A DNA stretch of 41,566 nucleotides from a bacterium BMS3Abin04 (lineage in GTDB: Bacteria; Bacteroidota; Ignavibacteria; Ignavibacteriales; Melioribacteraceae): the NCBI GenBank assembly GCA_002898175.1, contig BDSW01000099.1:1-41566 (forward strand), given 5' to 3'. Positions 35,109 through 41,566 of this stretch are shown here, piece by piece. Position 1 is the stretch's first letter. The number at the start of each line of letters is the position of its first letter. The notes beneath the pieces were generated by a model, which saw only the letters and a program-made list of their open reading frames with translations, was not told the origin of the DNA and made no database searches. A program made the translations under genes and the position numbers.

Positions 35109-36119
35109 TTACATTGTTAATGCCATTATAGCTTTTGCTGTATGTAATCTATTCTCTGCTTCGTCAAAGACTATTGAAATATCGGGATTATCAATTACTT
35201 CATCTGTTACTTCGTGATTACGGTCGGCTGGTAATGCGTGCATCAGCTTTACACCTTTATCTGCAAGTTTAATCCTACGGTTGTCGCATATCCACGAATG
35301 ATATTTTTCCAAATTAACAGACATTTCTTTTTTACATTCTTCTTCATTATCTAGATATTCTTGAACACCGTAAGCGCCAAATCCGCCCCAATTTTTTGGA
35401 ATAACAATGTGAGCGCCTTCAAATCCTTCGTCCATATCATTTGTAAAGCGGATGCTTCCGCCGCCTTTCTCGGCATTTTGTTTTGCTTTCTCAATTATGT
35501 TTTGACTTAACGGAAATTCTTTCGGATGAGCAATTGTTAAATTAATTCCGTAACGAGGAAAAAGCAACGCTTGTGTTTGCGGGACGGATAAAGGTTTTGA
35601 GTGCGTATCTGCGTAAGCCCAAGAAACGGTTACTTTCAGCCCTTTTGGATTTTTCCCGAAATATTCGAATATTGTCATCAAGTCAGCCATGCCTTGAAAC
35701 GGATGATAAACATCATCTTGGAGCGACATAACGGGTTTGCGCGAGTGTTCGGCCATTTCTGCAAGATAGTCTTTGCCAATTCCGTAAAAACAATTCCGCG
35801 AAGCAATTCCGTGTCCCATTCTCGAAAGTATAATTGCCGTGTCCTTTGCTGTTTCACCGTGCGAGAGTTGTATTTTATCGGGAGTTAAATCGTGTGCGTG
35901 TCCGCCGAGCTGCGTCATTCCCGCTTCCATTGAGTTCCTGGTTCGTGTCGATTGTTCGAAGAAGAGCATAAATAAAGTTTTATCTCTCAAATATCTGGTC
36001 GGTTCTTCGAGTGCGAATTTTTTCTTTAAATCAAATGCCACTTCAAAGGCAGTATCAAGTTCTTGTTTTGTCCAATAATCTGTGGAAAGAAAATGTTTCC
36101 CTTTTAAATTTGTATTCAT
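35109..36119 (-). CDS. YgeW-like knotted carbamoyltransferase (aspartate/ornithine carbamoyltransferase superfamily)
   Basis: STRTR carbamoyl-phosphate motif and the HPFQ motif. QLSHGETAKDTA, SWAYADTHSKPLSVPQ, LTIAHPKEF and AKQNAEKGGGSIRFTNDMDEGFEGAHIVIPKNW are colinear with E. coli YgeW as I remember it. HALPADR stands in place of the usual HCLP. Confidence 0.75.
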   Translation of the reverse strand: MNTNLKGKHFLSTDYWTKQELDTAFEVAFDLKKKFALEEPTRYLRDKTLFMLFFEQSTRTRNSMEAGMTQLGGHAHDLTPDKIQLSHGETAKDTAIILSRMGHGIASRNCFYGIGKDYLAEMAEHSRKPVMSLQDDVYHPFQGMADLMTIFEYFGKNPKGLKVTVSWAYADTHSKPLSVPQTQALLFPRYGINLTIAHPKEFPLSQNIIEKAKQNAEKGGGSIRFTNDMDEGFEGAHIVIPKNWGGFGAYGVQEYLDNEEECKKEMSVNLEKYHSWICDNRRIKLADKGVKLMHALPADRNHEVTDEVIDNPDISIVFDEAENRLHTAKAIMALTM

Positions 36120-36268
36120 AATATTTTTCCTATAATAAAATTCTGATAGAATACAGATTTACATAGCATGTTTTCTATCATTAGTAAAAATTTTTCTTTT
36201 TATTTCAGGTTTCTAACCGAAGTTTAAAAGTAAACCTAATTCTATATTTGTAGCTTTTAGATAATTTA

Positions 36269-37386
36269 TTAACCTGGCTTATATCATTTAGGATATAATT
36301 AAGCTGCATATTTTATACATTTGTGTTTGAAATATTTAATTACTCCATCTGGTTTTCTTTGCAAAAGTTTCATGTGTGATTGCACATTATTTTTAAGTTG
36401 CTCGTCATTTTGGGGCATCACTTTTTGAGACAAACCATATTTTGGGCCATAATTCAGATATTCATCGGATTTCTTTCCGGAGAATAGGACGGCAAGAAAA
36501 ACAGAGCTATTTTAGAAGTATTCTTTTCCATCCATCGTTTTACCGGATTGCTATGAAGCACCTTAAGATTATCGAGAATAAGATATATCTTTTTCTTTTT
36601 ACCTTTAGTTATTCCGGTAAGAAATTTTATTAACATCGCTGAGTTCATAGTTCCCTTATATGTCATAAATCTTACCTTGCCTTGATTGGTTATAGTTGAA
36701 ATTATATTTAGCGAAAGACGTTTTCCCATTTTAGTTCTTGTAGATGTTTTTCCTTTTGGTGCATAAGACCGTCCATCCTGGCATTCGTTTTTAACTCCGG
36801 TTTCATCTCCCCAATGTATCTCTGCTTTTTCTTGTTTTGCTTGCTCTTTTATTTTAGGATATTCTTCCTCAAACCATTTTTTTACTGCTTCATTATTTTT
36901 TTCATATGCTTTCTTCTTCGGCTTTTGCGCTGTAAATCCCCATCTGCCCAGGTAAATCCCCATAGTTCGTATTGCAATGGGTATTCCAAATTCTCTTTTA
37001 ATCAACTCTACTATTGCCCGTCTTGTCCATAAGGCAAAGGGTAATTTTAATTGATCAGGCATCTTATCTATTATCAATTCTTGTACTTGTTTTTCTTGTT
37101 CTTTTGTTAATAATCTACCAATACCTTCCTTATGTCCTTGTGGCTTCTCTTTGAGTCCTTGGTAGCCATATTTCTTGAAGTTTTTGTACCAAGTGTTAAC
37201 AGAATTTTTATTAACACATAACAATGAGGCTATTTCTTTTTGGGTTTTCCCTTCTTCAACTAGACCTATCGCTCTTAGACGTATTGCTTCTTTTGTTTCT
37301 TTGCTTGCTGTTCGTAAATCTAATTTTTCCATATGTAAGTATACAAAATATTAAACCGGTATCCTATTATCAATATGCCGAGTTAA
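36269..37386 (-). mobile_element. IS630-family insertion sequence (1118 bp) with imperfect terminal inverted repeats and TA target-site duplication
   Basis: Left end TTAACCTGGCTTATATCATTTAGGATA. The reverse complement of the right end is TTAACTCGGCATATTGATAATAGGATA. They agree at 18 of 28 positions, including the first 5 and the block TAGGATA. TA immediately flanks both ends (36267-68 and 37387-88). Confidence 0.65.
36299..37332 (-). pseudogene. IS630-family DDE transposase interrupted by a 1-nt frameshift near the last catalytic residue
   Basis: The 292-aa ORF (36454..37332) has an HTH N-terminus and a DDE_3 core but ends ...YSPERNPMNI*. Shifting one base at ~36463-36468 restores NPDEYLN... 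and 55 further residues ending ...KYFKHKCIKYAA*, the usual IS630 C-terminus. Confidence 0.8.
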
Positions 37387-37556
37387 TAGCATGGAATAAT
37401 TTATTTAACATATATGGAAATTGTTATTTCGATCACTTTTCAATTTAAATGCTGAATCTCAAAGACTCTAAAAATTGATTTACTTATATTTAATTAAATA
37501 GGCGTATTGTTTGGATTGAAAGTTAAAATGAGATTAGGTATTTTTACATAAATAAA

Positions 37557-37859
37557 ATGTTAATGTCTTATTTAATGAAAAGAGCAGCAAAAATATTATT
37601 GTTATTCGGAACCATAAGCTTTGCTGCGCTCTTTATTGCTTCTCCTCTGCTTCACAATCATCGTCCTGATCTTAAAGACCATTATAATTGTCCGGCTTAT
37701 ATTCTTAATATTACGCTTGTTTCTTTTACGTTTGCATTTTTTATTGTGTTTCAAGCTAAGTTTCCAAAGCCGAGAATAAAGCCAATTCCGAATAGAATTA
37801 CCAATTTACCGCACTATATTAAACTAAACCTCACTAACAAATCTCCACCTAATAAATAA
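37557..37859 (+). CDS. Small membrane protein with His/Cys motif (LLHNH..DHYNCPAY), unknown function
   Basis: 100-aa ORF with two hydrophobic helices. It sits at the head of the porin-ZnuA-ZnuB locus. No family recognised with confidence. Confidence 0.4.
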   Translation: MLMSYLMKRAAKILLLFGTISFAALFIASPLLHNHRPDLKDHYNCPAYILNITLVSFTFAFFIVFQAKFPKPRIKPIPNRITNLPHYIKLNLTNKSPPNK

Positions 37860-37928
37860 TTGTTTGTTTAAATAATAACCATATTTAACTAAATAAATTA
37901 TTTATTCTACAATATTATAGGTAAGAGT

Positions 37929-39197
37929 ATGAATAAGTGCATCAAAAGTATGCTTTTATTCGTCTTCCTTTTTAGCGGATTCACATTTGCACAAGATTCT
38001 TTAAATGTAGCGAAAAAGGATTCTGCTAAAATTGCAAATTTAGAGAAACGGATAAAAGCATTAGAAGAAAAACAGAATGAAAATGATTTGGAAAAACTTT
38101 TAAATGAGGCACAAACGGCTTCCAACGAAAAGAGCAAAGAGAAAAAAACAAAAGTATTTAAAAGCGGACAAAGAGCATTGCAGGCAATTAATCCCGAGAT
38201 TAGTGTTACCGGTGATGCGTACGGACAGTTTATATTGAATAAGGACGGTTTTAGAGAGGGCGCAAGAACCGGCGCTTATTTTAGAACTTTAGGCATACAT
38301 ATCCAAGGTAATTTAGACCCTTTCAGTTTAACCAAAGTGGCTGTGGAAGTTCACCCTGATGGAGTTGAATTGGGAGAAGCTTATGTAACTTGGTCAAATT
38401 TTCTTCCTAAAATTAGTTTGACCGCCGGAAAATTCCGTCAGCAATTCGGCGTTGTTAACCGGTGGCATGTACATTCTCTCGATCAGTTCGATTTTCCTCT
38501 TGCTCTAACAACAATTTTAGGAGAAGACGGGTTAAATCAAATAGGGCTTTCGTTTAATTGGCTTATGCCTTCAATTACAGCCGATGCAAACAATTTAATT
38601 GTAGAAATAACAAACGGACAAAACGATCAATTGTTTGGAGGAGAAATGTTTTCGTTTCCCTCAATACTTATGCACTTGAAAAATTATTATGATCTATCGC
38701 GGAATGCTTATTTAGAATTTGGTTTAACCGCAATGTACGGTCGAAACAATTTTAAGGGGTTTGATAATGGAATAAAAGTAGTTGAGGATACACGCAATAC
38801 TATTTTAGGCGGAGTGGATTTAACAATCTTTTGGGAACCTGTTAACCAAGCGCTTTACCATTCCTTTCTTTGGAGATCCGAACTATACTATGCAAATAAA
38901 GAAGTTGCACCAAACCAAAACATTAAAGCTTTGGGAGGATACTCATATATTGATTATAAATTGGCGGAACAATGGCAAATAGGAACAAGGTTCGATTATA
39001 CCCAGCCTTTTGAGGTTAATAATAGTTCGAAATATACCTATCAGGTAGTTCCCTATATTACTTGGTGGCAGAGTCATTGGGTAAGAATGCGTTTACAGTA
39101 TAGTTACATGAACGGGAATGTTTTACCCGAGTCTGCAAATACGTTAAGACTACAAATGGTGTGGGCTGTTGGTCCGCATAAACATGACAGATATTAA
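37929..39197 (+). CDS. Outer-membrane beta-barrel porin with N-terminal coiled coil (phosphate-selective porin O/P-like architecture)
   Basis: Signal peptide ending FTFAQ and coiled coil LEKRIKALEEKQNENDLEKLL. The following ~330 aa show alternating beta-strand patterns rich in aromatic girdle residues. Confidence 0.55.
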   Translation: MNKCIKSMLLFVFLFSGFTFAQDSLNVAKKDSAKIANLEKRIKALEEKQNENDLEKLLNEAQTASNEKSKEKKTKVFKSGQRALQAINPEISVTGDAYGQFILNKDGFREGARTGAYFRTLGIHIQGNLDPFSLTKVAVEVHPDGVELGEAYVTWSNFLPKISLTAGKFRQQFGVVNRWHVHSLDQFDFPLALTTILGEDGLNQIGLSFNWLMPSITADANNLIVEITNGQNDQLFGGEMFSFPSILMHLKNYYDLSRNAYLEFGLTAMYGRNNFKGFDNGIKVVEDTRNTILGGVDLTIFWEPVNQALYHSFLWRSELYYANKEVAPNQNIKALGGYSYIDYKLAEQWQIGTRFDYTQPFEVNNSSKYTYQVVPYITWWQSHWVRMRLQYSYMNGNVLPESANTLRLQMVWAVGPHKHDRY

Positions 39198-39208
39198 TGG
39201 AGATAAAA

Positions 39209-40249
39209 ATGAAAATTGTAAAAAATATATTTGGTATTATTTTATTATCATCAATTACTTTATACGCTGCCGGTAAACTTAATGTTGTAACTACGCTTTC
39301 AACTTATGCCGACATTGCAAAGTATATAGGCGGTGATAAAGTTGATGTTCATTATATAGTTCAAGGTGATGAAGATGCTCATTTTGTTCGACCTAAACCA
39401 AGCTTTGCGGTTATGCTAAGTAAAGCAGACGTATTTGTTTCCACGGGATTGGATTTGGAACTCTGGGTTCCTACGCTTGTTGATTTATCGAAAAATGAAA
39501 AAATCAGATCAGGTCAACCGGGATTTGTTGCTGCTTACGATGGTATTGACCTATTGGATAAACCCACTAATCTTTCAAGAAGTGAAGGGGGTCTGCATAT
39601 TTACGGAAATCCGCACATCACATCAAGTCCGTTGAATCTTAAAGTAATTGCGGAAAATATTGAAATCGGTCTTGAGAAAAACGATCCTGCAAATTCTGCA
39701 TTCTATCAAAAAAATCTAAAGAAATTTAAAGATGAAATTGACAAACATGTATTCGGAGAAAAACTTGTGAAACTAATGGGCGGCAAATTGTTAACCAAAC
39801 TTGCCGATTCCGGAAAACTGATAGATTTTCTTTCAAGTAAAGAGTATAAAGGTAAAAAGTTAATTGAGGATCTCGGAGGATGGTTAAAAAAAGGTATGAT
39901 TTTCAGAGGGAAAAAGATTGTAGCTTATCATAAAAATTGGATTTATTTTAAACAACTATTTGGAATTGAAGTAATAGGTCATGTTGAACCAAAACCCGGA
40001 ATCCCGCCATCGCCCAAACATGTTGAGGAACTTGTTCAAGATATGAGAAAGAATAAGGTAAAAGTTGTGTTGGCTGCAAATTATTTTGACGAATATAAAG
40101 TAAAGAAAATTTGTAATAAAGTAGGGGCAATTCCGGTAATTGTTCCTATGTATGTCAACGGCGCTCCGGGAACGGAGAATGTTTTTAAGTTAACGGATTA
40201 TTGGGTTGATCATTTAAGTGAAGCATTTAAAAAAGTAGAAGAACAGTAA
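39209..40249 (+). CDS. Metal ABC transporter substrate-binding protein (ZnuA/TroA cluster A-I type)
   Basis: Signal peptide MKIVKNIFGIILLSSITLYAAG. GDEDAHFVRPKPS and YHKNWIYF motifs. GGAG lies 6 nt upstream of the ATG at 39209. The track's 39197 start (TAATG overlap with the porin stop) is the alternative. Confidence 0.8.
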   Translation: MKIVKNIFGIILLSSITLYAAGKLNVVTTLSTYADIAKYIGGDKVDVHYIVQGDEDAHFVRPKPSFAVMLSKADVFVSTGLDLELWVPTLVDLSKNEKIRSGQPGFVAAYDGIDLLDKPTNLSRSEGGLHIYGNPHITSSPLNLKVIAENIEIGLEKNDPANSAFYQKNLKKFKDEIDKHVFGEKLVKLMGGKLLTKLADSGKLIDFLSSKEYKGKKLIEDLGGWLKKGMIFRGKKIVAYHKNWIYFKQLFGIEVIGHVEPKPGIPPSPKHVEELVQDMRKNKVKVVLAANYFDEYKVKKICNKVGAIPVIVPMYVNGAPGTENVFKLTDYWVDHLSEAFKKVEEQ

Positions 40250-40260
40250 ATAACAATTTA

Positions 40261-40300
40261 ACAAACTAAGTTCCTCAAAAGAACTTAGTTTGTTTTAATT
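40261..40300 (+). terminator. Rho-independent terminator between znuA-like and znuB-like genes
   Basis: ACAAACTAAGTTC / GAACTTAGTTTGT forms a perfect 13-bp stem with loop CTCAAAA, followed by TTTTAATT. It starts 12 nt after the stop. Confidence 0.7.
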
Positions 40301-40320
40301 ATGAATAATCAGGAAGTAAA

Positions 40321-41566
40321 ATGAACTTAAGTATTTGGGACATAATGGCTCCGGCATTCTTTGAATGTCTTATTCTTGTGGGAATACATTCATATTTAGG
40401 CTTACATGTATTGCGGCGCAAAGTAATATTTGTCGATCTCGCACTTGCGCAAATTGCAGCCTTAGGAACTACCGTAGGGTTTCTGTTTGGTGTAATGCCG
40501 GGGACAACCGGCGCTTATTGGTTTTCACTGGCGTTTGCTTTTATCGGTGCGGCGGTTTTTTCTATTTCACGTTATAGAAATGAAAAAATACCGCAGGAAG
40601 CAATTATCGGTCTAACGTATGCAATTGCAGCTTCAATTGCAATTTTGGTTATTGATAAAGCCCCGCACGGTGCCGAACATATTAAGGAAATTTTAACAGG
40701 AAGTATTTTGTGGGTTAAATGGTCAACAATTCTAAAAGCGGCAATAGTTTATTCAATAGTTGGAATTTTTCATTTTATCTATAGAGATAAATTTATTTTA
40801 ATCTCAGAACATCCCGAAGAAGCATACAAGCGCGGTATGTCGGTTCGCTTTTGGGATTTCCTTTTTTATGTTTCATTCGGAATTGTGATTACACATTCGG
40901 TTGGTACGGCTGGAGTTCTTTTGGTCTTTGTTTTTCTGGTGGTTCCCGCCGTTGCTTCCATGTTAATTACCGATGTTCTTTGGAAACAATTAATAATCGG
41001 TTGGACTCTTGGAGTTTTCGTTAGTGTAATTGGATTGTATATTTCCTACGTTGCAGATCTGCCGAGCGGACCTACGGTTGTTGCTTTTTACGGAGTAATG
41101 CTAATTGTAATTGCAATTATTCTCTATTTGGTAAGAGCGGAATCAAGAAGCAGGGCGATGATGAAAATTGCGTTGGGAATAGGAGCAACACTTGTGGTTA
41201 CTTTTGGATTATATTTAATGGGTCAAGCTTTCAAGACAAGTAACGAAAATCACCATCAAGAAGCCGGTTTGGTTAATACGGTTGATCCGGTTGTGAAAAG
41301 CGATGAGCTAAAATCTTTGTCGGATATGAGCGATAGCAAATTAGTTGATTACTTAAATTCTGTTACAGACATCAAACATTTGCAAAATCTATTTGATGCA
41401 CAGAACGACGGGTATGTAAAGATAAAAATTGCCGACCGTGTATTTGTGTTGAGTAAAAAGTCGGGCATAACTTTATATTATAAAATAATATCAAGCGGAG
41501 AATTACCATTTGTTAAAGAAGAAGTGGTCGAAAAAATGAGAAAAGTCAGCAATAAAAATTTTGGAT
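40321..41566 (+). CDS. Metal ABC transporter permease (ABC-3 / ZnuB-MntB family) with a C-terminal soluble extension; 3' end is outside the window
   Basis: Not in the ORF track because it has no stop. I translated 415 stop-free codons from the ATG at 40321 (AGGAAG upstream). They include HSYLGLHVLRRKVIFVDLALAQIAALG and SVGTAGVLLVFVFLVVPAVAS. Hydrophobic segments end near residue 300, and at least 115 hydrophilic residues follow. Confidence 0.8.
   Translation, partial: MNLSIWDIMAPAFFECLILVGIHSYLGLHVLRRKVIFVDLALAQIAALGTTVGFLFGVMPGTTGAYWFSLAFAFIGAAVFSISRYRNEKIPQEAIIGLTYAIAASIAILVIDKAPHGAEHIKEILTGSILWVKWSTILKAAIVYSIVGIFHFIYRDKFILISEHPEEAYKRGMSVRFWDFLFYVSFGIVITHSVGTAGVLLVFVFLVVPAVASMLITDVLWKQLIIGWTLGVFVSVIGLYISYVADLPSGPTVVAFYGVMLIVIAIILYLVRAESRSRAMMKIALGIGATLVVTFGLYLMGQAFKTSNENHHQEAGLVNTVDPVVKSDELKSLSDMSDSKLVDYLNSVTDIKHLQNLFDAQNDGYVKIKIADRVFVLSKKSGITLYYKIISSGELPFVKEEVVEKMRKVSNKNFG

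Noticed and set aside
37868-37888. TTAAATA-N7-TATTTAA inverted repeat 40-60 nt upstream of the porin gene, as a possible Zur/Fur-type operator.
   Set aside because: The arms are 7 bp of A/T only, in DNA that is about two-thirds A+T, so this is easily expected by chance. It does not resemble the Fur or Zur boxes I know (7-1-7 TGATAAT-type or AAATCGTAAT-type).

Overview
41.6-kb window from a low-GC (roughly one-third G+C by eye) Gram-negative genome. The gene content looks FCB-group, Ignavibacteria/Bacteroidota-like; this is an inference from the fused ccoNO and the cco cluster layout. Most of the window is recognisable chromosomal housekeeping. It starts with a partial YciO/YrdC gene, an amidohydrolase, an SDR, an acyl-CoA synthetase and a secreted GH20-like hydrolase. 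A complete cbb3 oxidase biogenesis cluster follows (ccoI-ccoS-ccoNO-ccoQ-ccoP | ccoG-fixH-tauE-like, 6981-15518). Later come a proline iminopeptidase-like hydrolase, a VOC protein, a DUF2461 protein, a secreted beta-helix protein, lrp-glnA, a GT2 glycosyltransferase and an orphan histidine kinase. The right end holds a U32 protein plus ferredoxin, a YgeW-like carbamoyltransferase, and a porin-ZnuA-ZnuB metal uptake locus that runs off the window. Seven things are not ordinary. (1) A ~170-nt, 58% G+C, multi-hairpin element sits in the AT-rich gap between the GT2 gene and lrp (25651-25830); it is a candidate structured RNA that I cannot assign to any class. (2) An accessory-looking block (15.6-19.5 kb) carries an 8-bp x10 tandem repeat and a 10-bp x4 degenerate repeat. 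(3) The same block carries a ~400-codon lipoprotein gene split over three reading-frame segments. (4) It also carries three tandem mosaic paralogues of a small outer-membrane beta-barrel protein, a C9 homopolymer in front of the second paralogue, and two related intergenic sequences in direct orientation bracketing the block. (5) A tightly packed seven-gene operon (28.3-32.5 kb) has no assignable pathway: DUF134 regulator with zinc ribbon, DUF5320, NifX-like, cupin, SAM methyltransferase, radical SAM enzyme and a 10-TM exporter. It is preceded by a perfect 14-bp palindrome. (6) An IS630-family element with TA target duplication and a frameshifted transposase lies about 150 bp upstream of the carbamoyltransferase gene. 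(7) Two terminator hairpins are homologous and differ by a compensatory base-pair change. No tRNA, rRNA, CRISPR array or recognisable defence system was seen. All family calls rest on motifs I recognise by eye; no searches were run.
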